NCBI GenBank assembly: GCA_001004105.1
Contig: LCQK01000001.1
Coordinates: forward strand, 102,928 to 166,927
DNA from: Candidatus Jorgensenbacteria bacterium GW2011_GWB1_50_10
GTDB taxonomy: Bacteria; Patescibacteriota; Minisyncoccia; UBA6257; GWB1-50-10
Reading direction: 5' to 3'
DNA: 64,000 bases
The translations under genes were made by a program, and so were the position numbers. Shown one piece after another: positions 1-9,485 of the stretch. Every line of letters starts with the position of its first letter. The first letter of the stretch is position 1. The notes below the pieces were generated by a model that had not been told where the DNA came from, searched no databases, and saw nothing but the letters and a program-made list of their open reading frames with translations.

Positions 1-2
1 GC

Positions 3-116
3 AGAGGTATGCTAAAGTTTGTCAAAAGATTTAACACACCGAATAGTGCATGGGACGAACTGTATCTTTGCAGAATTAAAGGTGATGGTGCTTATGAGTG
101 GGAAAAAATAACCTAA
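3..116 (+). CDS. 3' end of a hypothetical protein (partial)
   Basis: Frame open from window start (RGMLKFVKRFNTPNSAWDELYLCRIKGDGAYEWEKIT*), stop at 114-116. Confidence 0.55.
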   Translation, partial: RGMLKFVKRFNTPNSAWDELYLCRIKGDGAYEWEKIT

Positions 117-134
117 ATAGGTTTAGTAGTTTTT

Positions 135-163
135 TTGACAAATCGCTTGTTTTATGCTATATA
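135..163 (+). promoter_or_regulatory. sigma70-type promoter of cassette 1
   Basis: TTGACA (135-140), 17 nt, TG-n-TATATA (158-163); GGAGG SD at 210-214. Confidence 0.7.
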
Positions 164-222
164 GAAAGCAGGACACTACATCTATTGTAACCCAGGCACA
201 TCTCACTACGGAGGTCTGAAAA

Positions 223-915
223 ATGTTCCGGAGACTCTTCGCAGTTCTTGCAGTGGCGTTGCTGCCCGCGGCGGCATCGGCCCAGAGTCACATCGCTATC
301 TCGGTCTACGGGGGGGTGATGCAGCCGCAGACGGTGAGTCAGAGTTACTTCCTCACCGCTCCTTCCAACGACCGAACCGAGCATAACTCGATTGCCGAAG
401 GTGTAGGCGCGAACATTACCTACTACTTCGGTCGCATCGCGGCGCTCCCGCTCCGCTTCGGCGTCGGCGTTGACGCCAGTTACTTCGGCGGCGCAGTCCA
501 GCCCATCAAGGTATCCGACTTCATGTCCATTTTCGGGTCGGATTGCCCGCTGGGCATCTGCGGCGGAAGCGACATTGAGCTTCAGCCGTCGCTCTCCAAC
601 GCCACGATTGGCATCGTCGCGGCCGCGAACTACGAACCGGGACGAGTCGGCCTCTACGCTGGCGGCGGACCGGCTTTCACGGGAAGCCGGCTCTACCACG
701 CGGCGAAATCCACGCTCGTGGACCTCGCCTTTGGCTGGCAGGCGCTCTTGGGGAGCCGAGTGCGGATTTCGCCACAATGGTCGGTTTTCGCCGAAGCGCG
801 GCGGACGGATTTCGGGCGGGACTTTACGGTTCCGCTCAACGTCCTCCAAAGCACGAAGCTCACAGGCAATCCGGCGAACCATCTCCTCGCCGGGGTCACA
901 TTCTCCCCGCCGTAA
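223..915 (+). CDS. Secreted outer-membrane beta-barrel-like protein
   Basis: Signal peptide ending AASAQ, amphipathic Gly/aromatic strands (LYAGGGPAF, FGWQALLG, VFAEAR), SD upstream. Confidence 0.65.
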   Translation: MFRRLFAVLAVALLPAAASAQSHIAISVYGGVMQPQTVSQSYFLTAPSNDRTEHNSIAEGVGANITYYFGRIAALPLRFGVGVDASYFGGAVQPIKVSDFMSIFGSDCPLGICGGSDIELQPSLSNATIGIVAAANYEPGRVGLYAGGGPAFTGSRLYHAAKSTLVDLAFGWQALLGSRVRISPQWSVFAEARRTDFGRDFTVPLNVLQSTKLTGNPANHLLAGVTFSPP

Positions 916-934
916 GGGGAGACCAACGCAACAC

Positions 935-974
935 GGGCGTGTTCCTTCACAGGAATGCGCCCAGTCTGTTTTTT
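935..974 (+). terminator. Intrinsic terminator
   Basis: gggcgtgttcct-tcac-aggaatgcgccc hairpin followed by T tract. Confidence 0.7.
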
Positions 975-980
975 GATATA

Positions 981-1991
981 ATGAGCTTAAGTAAGATTAT
1001 GCAGCTACTTCGTAATCCTCTTTTTTATCTTGGTTTCATTTTAGTGATTGTTCTGGTTTTTAGTGTTGTCCGCGCCGCTTTCACGGAACCCTCCAATTCT
1101 TTCCCCGGCAGCGCGCCGGCGGCGCCCTTGGACACTTCATCTCTAACTCAAACCAAGGACGGCAGTCTCATTATCAACGGTTCGTTGGGCGTGGGAGGCA
1201 CGCCGGTGGGAGCGAGATTCTACGTTCTCGGCCCGATCGAGGCAACCGGCAATGTTACCGCCACCGCTTTTGTCGGCGACGGTTCGGGGCTTACCAGTCT
1301 TCCTTGGAGTGAATTAACCGGTTTCCCGAGCGCCTGCCCGAGCGGCCAAGCCGTAACAGCGGTTGGGGGAACATTGACCTGCGCGGCGGTTGGCGGCTCC
1401 TCGCAATGGACGACAACAAGCACAGGGGTTTATTACAACGGCGGGAGCGTGGGAATTGGGACGGTTAATCCAACAGCAAGATTTCATGTTTCTGATATAG
1501 GTTCCAACAGCATCAGAGATACTAATTTAAAGTTATCCACGGAAGATTTTAACAACGTGTCAATTATCTTTGAGAAAAATATCGTAGATGTCGGTCTTAC
1601 GGAACTAGGAAGAATTACAACGTCAGATAATTTCACTATAAGAGCTGGTGCGGGGAGTGTGCTTAATTTAGACGGAGCCGCAATAGTTTTTAAGACCGGC
1701 GGCACGGAAAGATTGAGGGTAGGAAGTACTGGTATTACCCCGACGTATTACCCGACAGTCGGTTCAATCACAAGTGGCGTCCAGAACGGTAACGGTCAAA
1801 AGAGTGTGGATCTAGGAGTGCATGATTTGTGCTTCGTAACGACGTGTAGAGTTGGAGATATTGATAACGGTAACGGCAGCGCTTCCTGTAGGGTATATAG
1901 AACTTCAGACGGTAAGTGGACTCTTTATGCCATCATTGTCAATGATAGCGATGCAATAGCTGAAACAGAGGCGACGTGTGCTGATTTCTAA
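981..1991 (+). CDS. Membrane-anchored surface/adhesin-like protein with tail-fibre-like repeats
   Basis: N-terminal TM; GDGSGLT and VGIGTVNP motifs; Cys-containing C-terminal domain; start may be the ATG at 999. Confidence 0.7.
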   Translation: MSLSKIMQLLRNPLFYLGFILVIVLVFSVVRAAFTEPSNSFPGSAPAAPLDTSSLTQTKDGSLIINGSLGVGGTPVGARFYVLGPIEATGNVTATAFVGDGSGLTSLPWSELTGFPSACPSGQAVTAVGGTLTCAAVGGSSQWTTTSTGVYYNGGSVGIGTVNPTARFHVSDIGSNSIRDTNLKLSTEDFNNVSIIFEKNIVDVGLTELGRITTSDNFTIRAGAGSVLNLDGAAIVFKTGGTERLRVGSTGITPTYYPTVGSITSGVQNGNGQKSVDLGVHDLCFVTTCRVGDIDNGNGSASCRVYRTSDGKWTLYAIIVNDSDAIAETEATCADF

Positions 1992-2079
1992 ATCTTTTTT
2001 GACAAGAGTTCTATTTTGTGATATTTCAAAAACAGAACCTCTCGTCTAAATTTGGGACAATTTGCCACGGAGGCAGCAG

Positions 2080-2769
2080 ATGCTTCGCAAGTTCTTGGCA
2101 GTTTTTGCCGCAGTGTTGCTCCCTGCGACCGCTCTCGGACAGAGTCGGTTCTACGTTGCCGGTTATGCAGGTCTAAACGGCAACAGTTTTTCCTACCGGA
2201 CTCTCTTCCTCGGCGCACCTTCGCAGTGGGAGACGCAAAACACCGACTTCGGTTTGGGCGGCGGAGTGAAAGTCGGCCGAACCGGTGTCCGGAAGTTGGG
2301 GCTTTTCCGTTTTGACGCGGAAGTGGATATCTTCTATATTTCTTCGCCGCTTCCGAAGACGGTAATCGGTTTCGACTTCTGTTCTGTCGATGGGTTCCCG
2401 ATGATCTGCCCCGCCGAGGTTGCCGGAACGCTCGGAACTTTTGGCGCCGCTCCGAGTATCGTCGTGAGCGTCGCAGACGTCACGGGTAGCGGTTCGGAAT
2501 TCTATCTCGGCCTTGGCGCAGTCGTCGGCCGGGGGAGTTTCGGAACTGATACTTTCACGGAATCCGATCTTCATTTCGGCGCCCGTCTCTTGGGAGGCAG
2601 TAGATTGCGACTCGGCCGCAACTTCAGCTTTTTCGCCGAATGCCAAGGCATTTTCCTTCCCCTCTCGTTTTTGAGGAAGGAGGGTTTCTTGGGGGCGCCG
2701 CTCACTACCGGCTTGGAGTTCAAGTCGAGACAGCTTGCTTTCAACTTCGGCCTGGTTCGCTACTTCTGA
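2080..2769 (+). CDS. Secreted outer-membrane beta-barrel-like protein
   Basis: TTGACA at 1999, GGAGG SD, signal peptide, amphipathic strands, C-terminal ...FGLVRYF. Confidence 0.7.
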   Translation: MLRKFLAVFAAVLLPATALGQSRFYVAGYAGLNGNSFSYRTLFLGAPSQWETQNTDFGLGGGVKVGRTGVRKLGLFRFDAEVDIFYISSPLPKTVIGFDFCSVDGFPMICPAEVAGTLGTFGAAPSIVVSVADVTGSGSEFYLGLGAVVGRGSFGTDTFTESDLHFGARLLGGSRLRLGRNFSFFAECQGIFLPLSFLRKEGFLGAPLTTGLEFKSRQLAFNFGLVRYF

Positions 2770-2784
2770 TGGCGCCACGCAGCA

Positions 2785-2821
2785 CGGGTGCGTTTCATAC
2801 GAGACGTGCCCGGTTTTTTTT
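2785..2821 (+). terminator. Intrinsic terminator merging into next -35 box
   Basis: cgggtgcgtttc-atac-gagacgtgcccg plus T tract that continues into TTGACT. Confidence 0.7.
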
Positions 2822-2894
2822 GACTTTTTAATCAAAAGTGTTATAGCTAAAAATCAGATACTAAACATTTCACGTGAGACAGCGGGAGGCGGAA

Positions 2895-3707
2895 ATGCTT
2901 CTTCGGAAAATCGCTTTCGCGCTTGCCGCCCTCTCGTTGGGGAGCGGTGAAGCGAAAGCACAAAGCGACGCGGAACTTCTCATTGCCCAGTACGGCTTTT
3001 CTTTTGGTCAGCAGTTCTTGGGCAAGGTAGTTCGCGGCAAAAACATCTGGAAGGCATTCCGGCAGACCTCTTACGAGGCCGTGCCGAGCGCAACTCTCCA
3101 GTACACCGGGATGAAGATGGTTGGGCAGGATTACCGTCTTGCTCTACCGTCTCAACTTCTTATGCAGAAAGGAGCGTGGTTCGGGCGGCAGTCAATTCTC
3201 GGCCGGCCTATTTTCTCGCAAGAAGCGCTCACGTCCTGGGAGCTGGACTATTTCTGGTTCAACTTCCGGCTTCGGGACGGGAAAGTTCTGCCCCCGCGAG
3301 TGAACGTTGCGACAGTGGGAATATCGTTTTACTACGACAACGTTCGTCTTGAGTGGCGGAGATCGCTTGCGACCGGCGTCGTGGTTTTGACGAGCACGAA
3401 TGGCCGGATTGGGAACCGAGTGGGTCAGGCTGGTTCCGGAGTTATTCTGATGCGCAGCCCGCGATACGGGGACTCGTTCAGACACGAACTTGTCCATACG
3501 CACCAGAGTATCCGGGGAAACGCTTTTTCCGACCCGCTTCTTCATCAAGGCGATTCCCAAAGCCGATTCCTGCCTTTCCTGCGGCTGAATCTCGGCAGTC
3601 TTGTAGGCCGAGTGCCAGCAACGCTTCAGGAATTTTTCGGTGAGCCAGCGTATTACAGCCAGCTTCACGAGTGGGAGGCGAGAGCTTACGCCAACTCGCC
3701 GAAGTAG
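2895..3707 (+). CDS. Secreted protein with HExxH zincin-like motif
   Basis: GGGAGG SD, signal peptide, HELVH followed by EWEA. Confidence 0.65.
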   Translation: MLLRKIAFALAALSLGSGEAKAQSDAELLIAQYGFSFGQQFLGKVVRGKNIWKAFRQTSYEAVPSATLQYTGMKMVGQDYRLALPSQLLMQKGAWFGRQSILGRPIFSQEALTSWELDYFWFNFRLRDGKVLPPRVNVATVGISFYYDNVRLEWRRSLATGVVVLTSTNGRIGNRVGQAGSGVILMRSPRYGDSFRHELVHTHQSIRGNAFSDPLLHQGDSQSRFLPFLRLNLGSLVGRVPATLQEFFGEPAYYSQLHEWEARAYANSPK

Positions 3708-3725
3708 CCCATAGCGAGCGCATCT

Positions 3726-3767
3726 ACGGGCCCGCGGATTCAATTCCCGGGCTCGTTTTTGTTTTTT
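3726..3767 (+). terminator. Intrinsic terminator merging into next -35 box
   Basis: acgggcccg...cgggctcgt plus T tracts then TTGACA (3766). Confidence 0.65.
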
Positions 3768-3848
3768 GACAAAATATTCATATTGTGCTACATTCCTAAT
3801 TAGGACACTTCCAATCTATCGATTGAACGCCTTACCACAGGAGGACTC

Positions 3849-4334
3849 ATGAAGTACCTTGCGGCGCTCTTTGCCGTCGCGACTCTCGCCTGCGGCGAGC
3901 CCGTTTTCTCGCCGGAGACGGAGATGCCTGAGTGGACGTTCGTCATTCAGTTGCTCGAGTACCGGGCTACTGAGCCGATGGTGACGCTCCGCGACGCCGT
4001 GCCGGGCCAGGGCCGCATGACGATGCAGTTCGGGAAGAACCGGACTGTTCTGGCGCGCGGTCCGCTGAACTTTCCCCGTTGGGGGCCGTCGGCCGCCCAC
4101 CCAGTTGGTGAGCCGTACCTGCTCCTTTCGGATGAGGAGTTCGTCGGAACCTACAAGTTCACGACGTCCAATACCCTCGAGATGTCTTTCCCGGAAGCGA
4201 CCGGCGCGAACGCCTGGGTGAACGGCACGTGGTTCTACAACTGGGACCATGTTGACAAGGTGGGCGTAATGCTTTACCACGGCACGTGGCTCCGGGTCAT
4301 TCTGGATCCGGCGGGCGTCACCAGGACGCCGTAG
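3849..4334 (+). CDS. Hypothetical lipoprotein
   Basis: AGGAGG SD; lipobox-like LAC after hydrophobic stretch. Confidence 0.7.
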   Translation: MKYLAALFAVATLACGEPVFSPETEMPEWTFVIQLLEYRATEPMVTLRDAVPGQGRMTMQFGKNRTVLARGPLNFPRWGPSAAHPVGEPYLLLSDEEFVGTYKFTTSNTLEMSFPEATGANAWVNGTWFYNWDHVDKVGVMLYHGTWLRVILDPAGVTRTP

Positions 4335-4356
4335 CAAGCAGGGCAGCAGCAAAAAG

Positions 4357-4394
4357 CGAGCTCGAGGTTTCGACCCCGAGCTCGTTTTGTTTTT
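4357..4394 (+). terminator. Intrinsic terminator
   Basis: cgagctcg...cgagctcg plus T tracts. Confidence 0.65.
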
Positions 4395-4400
4395 GATATA

Positions 4401-6986
4401 ATGAACTTAATGAGGGTTTTGAAAATCTCTTTGTTTTTGGTTCTTTTTTTGATTTTTTTTTCCGAAGCTTCCGCAGAACCGGCTTTCCCGACGTATTTTG
4501 CGGTCACGCCCCAGTCGGCCTGCGCCATTAATTTAAACTGGGATCAGAGCACTCCAGGCGCTTATTATTTTGAGTATTTTTATTCAACCGATAACTTTGT
4601 AAGAGATTCCACGCCAGGGAGGGTGCCGCCCGTGGGCAACCTGCCGGGCGTGCCGCCGGCGGTAACCGGCAATTTTACGGCGACAACCACCAATTTGTTC
4701 CAGAACACAGAATACTGGTACCGTATAAGGGCCTGTGATTCAACCAGCTGTTCGCAATTTACAACCTCGCCTTCTAAAATCACACCTTCTTTGCCTGGCG
4801 CGCCTTCGGCACCGAACATCAATTCGGTTGCCGCTGTTCAACGCGGCAGAGTCCAGGACGTTGATTTGACCTGGGCGACCTCAACTCAACCGTCGAACTA
4901 CGGCGGTTTCTCCATTTTCCGCTCAACCGACGGCGGCGCACCTCAATTTATTAATTCATTACCTTTTAATAGGAAAAATCCGCCGCCTTTATTTTGGCGC
5001 GACTTGGGACTCTCGCTCGGTTCCTCCTACTCTCATTACGTCATCCAATATGAGAGCGCGATTGGCTGCACGGTTATTCCGTCAAACGTCAGCGGCCCGA
5101 CGACGAGCCCCAATAATCAAGCGGTTTTTTCCGTTCCCTCCAATACCGTTTATGTCCTGCGCGGCCCCACCAATCTGGATGGCTCCTTTAATGATGTGAC
5201 CATCAATTTGACTTGGACCGACAACTCCGGAAACGAAGATAATTTTGGGGTTTGGAAATCAACCGACCCCGCTTTCCCTTCGGTTAATCGCACAGAACTT
5301 TCTTTGCCTGCTAACACCGAGAACTTATCGGACTCGGCTTGGACTGATAATACGACCTACTATTACAAGGTGCGGGCCTGCAAAAGCGGTTCGAGTTGTT
5401 CGGTTTTTTCCAACACTCACGCAGTTTCAACCGGCCTAGCTAATCCGGTTTTGAGCGCGAGCGTGCTTTCCGCTTCCGACACTTCCGGCATCGGCAAGGT
5501 TTATCTTTCTTGGCCAGGCGTTCCGGGTGCTACTTCTTATAAAGCGGAGCGAGCCACCTCCACAGATTTCAGCAATGCCGTGGTTCTTGCAAACCAAAGC
5601 GCCGATTTTTACTACGACCAAAATATTTCTTTAGGTGAAGTTTATTATTATCGCGTGGAGGCCTCCGATGCGGGGGGGCAAACCGCTCGCTCCAATATCG
5701 AGGACGTTCACCTGAATTATCTTTACATTCTGCAAGGCGTGGCCTTCGCGAATGCCGGAGAAGGCGGCATCGGCTGGATTAAATTCAGCTCGGCTGATGA
5801 GAATGGCGTCGCTTCGGCGATTGATTACAACGTTCTCATTGCCAAAGACGGTGTTGTTTCGGGGATGGCCTGGGCTTCAATTGAAAACGGCCGGGGTTAC
5901 GGCTGGCTATCCTTTAGTAAGAGTGATTCAGTAGGATGCCCAGCGACGCCCAGTAATCCAAATTGCGAGGCGCGGTTTTCCACTTCTACCAACGAGTTAT
6001 CCGGCTGGGCGAGATTTTATTACCCGCAGGTGCGGGCCGGAGAATCCAGTTGGGGAGCGGTGGATGCGCCGGGCTGGGTTAGTTTGAAAGGTGTTCCCCA
6101 GTTTGCCGCGCTTGCACCGTTTTCTAAAATAGCTTCTTTGATAGAAGTGACGCCTTTTGCGCCGCTCGCTTCCATTATTAACTTTGCCTCTGCCGCCGGA
6201 ACTCCTTATGGTGTCAGATATAACCCCTCTACCGGTAAATTCTCCGGTCAGGCTTGGGGCGGGAACGTGACGGGCTGGATCGGTTTTAGTGATGCTGAAT
6301 GTGATGCGGATAACAATATTGCCGCGCCGGTCTGCACTGTACGGGTGACAAGCTTCAACCAGTCGCCGACAGTAAGCAACGTCATTATTGAAGGACCGCC
6401 AGAGTCGTGGTGCGCCGCCGACCCGTTTTACCGGGTGCGGTGGGATTACAGCGATCCGGAAAGCGTTAGTCAGCAGGCATTTGACATTCAGTTCATAGAA
6501 CTGGGTGGTGGCACCGCCGCTTTTTCTGAATCGGTAACCGGTTTGGACGGCGGCCAGCAGCTTTATCGGTTGAATGATCCTTTGACCGAACTTGCCGCTC
6601 TCACTACTTACAAAACGAGGGTGCGAGCTTCAGACGGGAACAGTTCTTCCACTTGGAGTGAATCAGCTGCAACGACCACGCCAACTTATTATTACCCGCT
6701 CGTTGATTTCGGCTGGACGCCGATGCCAACTACAACCGGCACCGTTACTACTTTTATGTCTTCGAGCACCGACCGCGGAGGGGGCATCTCTTCGTACGAT
6801 TGGCAATTCCAATTCGGCTCACCTTCCCAGTCCGCTAACCCGGCGCCACAAACCGTTTTCAGCCGGTTGCCTGCCGACGCATCGCTCACGGTAACCGACA
6901 GCGGCAATAACAGTTGTATCGGCACGCGGACCGTGAGCGGGACGGGATCGGGATCCTTGAAGCGCCGCATCTTCCGCGAGAGATAA
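4401..6986 (+). CDS. Large secreted fibronectin type III / PKD domain protein
   Basis: Signal peptide; repeated LNW...YxYRVRA FN3 motifs; GxAW/GWI repeats; C-terminal PKD-like YDWQF. Confidence 0.8.
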   Translation: MNLMRVLKISLFLVLFLIFFSEASAEPAFPTYFAVTPQSACAINLNWDQSTPGAYYFEYFYSTDNFVRDSTPGRVPPVGNLPGVPPAVTGNFTATTTNLFQNTEYWYRIRACDSTSCSQFTTSPSKITPSLPGAPSAPNINSVAAVQRGRVQDVDLTWATSTQPSNYGGFSIFRSTDGGAPQFINSLPFNRKNPPPLFWRDLGLSLGSSYSHYVIQYESAIGCTVIPSNVSGPTTSPNNQAVFSVPSNTVYVLRGPTNLDGSFNDVTINLTWTDNSGNEDNFGVWKSTDPAFPSVNRTELSLPANTENLSDSAWTDNTTYYYKVRACKSGSSCSVFSNTHAVSTGLANPVLSASVLSASDTSGIGKVYLSWPGVPGATSYKAERATSTDFSNAVVLANQSADFYYDQNISLGEVYYYRVEASDAGGQTARSNIEDVHLNYLYILQGVAFANAGEGGIGWIKFSSADENGVASAIDYNVLIAKDGVVSGMAWASIENGRGYGWLSFSKSDSVGCPATPSNPNCEARFSTSTNELSGWARFYYPQVRAGESSWGAVDAPGWVSLKGVPQFAALAPFSKIASLIEVTPFAPLASIINFASAAGTPYGVRYNPSTGKFSGQAWGGNVTGWIGFSDAECDADNNIAAPVCTVRVTSFNQSPTVSNVIIEGPPESWCAADPFYRVRWDYSDPESVSQQAFDIQFIELGGGTAAFSESVTGLDGGQQLYRLNDPLTELAALTTYKTRVRASDGNSSSTWSESAATTTPTYYYPLVDFGWTPMPTTTGTVTTFMSSSTDRGGGISSYDWQFQFGSPSQSANPAPQTVFSRLPADASLTVTDSGNNSCIGTRTVSGTGSGSLKRRIFRER

Positions 6987-6987
6987 T

Positions 6988-7785
6988 CTATGTCTTTGCG
7001 ATAACAAAGCCGATAATCTTTTTCGCGCCGGCGTTTTTTAGAACGAGCACCGCTTCTTTCATTGTCGCACCCGAAGTAAAAACGTCGTCAACGAGAATGA
7101 CGTTTTGGCCGACAATTGCTTCAGGACGCTTCAGTGAAAACGCGCCGCTGACGTTTTCTTGTCTTTTCTCGTGGTCTTTCATTTTCGTCTGCGATTTGGT
7201 GTTTTTAGTGCGCACGAGATTGTTGGTTTCGATTCCAATTTTACGAGGTTCAACCTCCTCGCGAATTGACGTCAATATTTGGGAGGTTGAACCTCGGGGA
7301 GGTCGGACTTCCAAACATTGACGTAACACCTCCGCAACAAGATACGCCTGGTTGAAACCGCGCTCCCGCTCTTTTTGCGGATGAAGAGGCAGAGGCACAA
7401 CTGCAAAATTTCTAATTTCTAATTTCGAATTTCTAATTACTTTTTCCAGGTACTTATTGATAATTTCTCCGAGCGGTTCAAGAACGGTTTTGGCCCGGTT
7501 GTATTTCAAGGCGTGGATCAGTTCTCTTACCACCCTGTCTTGATAAGAAGCGGCGGCGGCGAGGACGAATTTCACTCGCGGATGGCAGAGATTTTGGTTC
7601 TTAGGCAGGCTGTCTCGGGCAGGCAGGCGCCGGTTGCATTCCGGGCAAAAAAAGGAGTTGTTGATTTCGATTCGGGCGGCGCATTCATCGCAGAGCGCTT
7701 TTTCTCCCCGCCGGAGGCAATTCACGCAAATCGGCGGGAAAATAACGTCAAGAAACAAATTCCATATTTTTTGAAGCGTCTCCAT
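6988..7785 (-). CDS. comF: Competence protein ComF (phosphoribosyltransferase-like)
   Basis: N-terminal CxxC zinc ribbons, RGFNQA, LVDDVFTSGAT. Confidence 0.9.
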   Translation of the reverse strand: METLQKIWNLFLDVIFPPICVNCLRRGEKALCDECAARIEINNSFFCPECNRRLPARDSLPKNQNLCHPRVKFVLAAAASYQDRVVRELIHALKYNRAKTVLEPLGEIINKYLEKVIRNSKLEIRNFAVVPLPLHPQKERERGFNQAYLVAEVLRQCLEVRPPRGSTSQILTSIREEVEPRKIGIETNNLVRTKNTKSQTKMKDHEKRQENVSGAFSLKRPEAIVGQNVILVDDVFTSGATMKEAVLVLKNAGAKKIIGFVIAKT

Positions 7786-7821
7786 TCAATAAAGTTTAAT
7801 CTGTGTTAAAATGATAATACC

Positions 7822-8919
7822 ATGCGCCTCGGTTTTCTGGATTTTTTCCGCGACATTGCGAATTTCGTGAAAAGCGGTTCGGTTTTGGGAATCGATATCG
7901 GCACCGTTTCCGTGAAGATCGCCGAAGTCGGCAAGCGGGGAGAACGCTTCCGGCTTTTAAACTATGGAGTTTTGGAAACTAAGAGATATTTTGAACGGCC
8001 GAACGAGGCTATCCAGACAAGTTCCCTGAAACTCTCGGAGGCAGCCGCGACCGAACTCGTGAAAACTCTTCTTCGGGAAACAGGGACGAAAACGAGAACG
8101 GCCGTTTGTTCCATTCCGGCTTTTTCGGCGTTCGTCGCTCCCTTGGAAATGCCGTTCCTCTCTCCTGCGGAAACGGCGAGAACCGTCGGTTTTGAAGCGC
8201 GGCAATACATTCCTCTTCCCGTGAGCGAGGTTTCCATTGACTGGCTCAAGGTTGACGAGTTTGATTCTCCGCAGGGCGGCCGAAGCCAGCGGCTACTCCT
8301 TATCGGTATTCCTAACGAAACAATCAGAAAGTATAAAAACATTTTCAAAAATTGCGGCCTGCGGCTCGTCGCGCTGGAGCTGGAAACTTTTTCCTTGATA
8401 AGAGCACTGGGGCGGTTTTCTTCTCCCACGCTTGTCGTCGACATCGGCGCCGAGTCCACCGCGATTGCCGTCGCGGAGGCAGGGGTTTTGAAACACGTGA
8501 GCCAGACTGACTACGGCGGCATCCATCTTACGGCTGCCTTGAGTAAAAGTTTGGGCGTGAGCGTGAAGAGGGCGGAGGAGTTAAAACGCCGAAGAGGACT
8601 TCTCGCAACGGGCGGCGAATCGGAGTTATCAACATTAATCGTTCCTTTTTTGGATGTTATAATACAAGAGGTGAGGTACGCGCAGGATTCGTACGAGCGC
8701 CGCTGGGCTAAAAAAGTTGCCGGATTGACGCTCGTGGGCGGCGGTTCGGAACTTTTGGGCATTGAAAAATACCTTGAGCGCCAGATGGGATTGCCCTGCA
8801 CCTCGCCCGATGTTTTCGGCGACGTCGATTACGATGCCTCCGCGGAACCACTTCGGAGAAATCTTTCCCGGGTTTTGCCGGTTGCCGTGGGTCTTGCCAA
8901 AAAGTATTTCCAAAATTGA
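7822..8919 (+). CDS. pilM: Type IV pilus assembly protein PilM
   Basis: GIDIG actin-like motif, EARQYIP, VDIGA, LVGGG. Confidence 0.9.
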   Translation: MRLGFLDFFRDIANFVKSGSVLGIDIGTVSVKIAEVGKRGERFRLLNYGVLETKRYFERPNEAIQTSSLKLSEAAATELVKTLLRETGTKTRTAVCSIPAFSAFVAPLEMPFLSPAETARTVGFEARQYIPLPVSEVSIDWLKVDEFDSPQGGRSQRLLLIGIPNETIRKYKNIFKNCGLRLVALELETFSLIRALGRFSSPTLVVDIGAESTAIAVAEAGVLKHVSQTDYGGIHLTAALSKSLGVSVKRAEELKRRRGLLATGGESELSTLIVPFLDVIIQEVRYAQDSYERRWAKKVAGLTLVGGGSELLGIEKYLERQMGLPCTSPDVFGDVDYDASAEPLRRNLSRVLPVAVGLAKKYFQN

Positions 8920-8922
8920 TTC

Positions 8923-9483
8923 ATGACGGAATTCTCTCCCCAAAATTCGCTAAGAGAACAGTTCGTGACCGAGAATATTCCCGTCGGTTTCCCGTGGCGG
9001 CTTTTCACTTTTTCCCTGATTCTTTTCCTTTTTTCCATTTTCGTTTTTTTCGGCCTGAGATTCGGCTACGCTTCCTATCTTACAAATCAAACGTCAGCCC
9101 TAGACAAAAAAATTCAGGACTTGAGTAGCCGGGTGAGCGTTGAAGATCAGGCCCGATTCATCGGTTTTTATTCCCAACTCGCCAACCTAAAAAAAATTCT
9201 TGACCGCCACGGCTTCCCCGGCAACACCTTTAGCTTTCTGGAGAAGCAAACGGTCGGCGAAGTTTTTTATACCGACGCCGACTTTAGGGCCGAGGACAGC
9301 AAACTCATCCTGAAAGGCCTTGCCGTCTCAAGTGAAGTGCTTATTGCTCAACTTTCCCTTTTTGACAGGGCGCCGGAAGTGGCCAATGTTTTTTTGAACC
9401 AGACGAACGTCGACCGAGGAGGCGTTACTTTTACTTTAACTCTGGATTTCAAGCCCGATTTTTTCCAAAAAACCGCCCCTTAA
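8923..9483 (+). CDS. pilN: PilN-like protein
   Basis: Single TM plus coiled coil; position after pilM. Confidence 0.65.
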   Translation: MTEFSPQNSLREQFVTENIPVGFPWRLFTFSLILFLFSIFVFFGLRFGYASYLTNQTSALDKKIQDLSSRVSVEDQARFIGFYSQLANLKKILDRHGFPGNTFSFLEKQTVGEVFYTDADFRAEDSKLILKGLAVSSEVLIAQLSLFDRAPEVANVFLNQTNVDRGGVTFTLTLDFKPDFFQKTAP

Positions 9484-9485
9484 TT

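Noticed and set aside
157-3743. Long antisense ORFs (157-882, 2173-2835, 3192-3743)
   Set aside because: Shadow frames of GC-rich plus-strand genes that carry SD sites and signal peptides.
117-4400. Classical integron
   Set aside because: No intI, no RYYYAAC/GTTRRRY attC boxes, and the cassettes have their own promoters.
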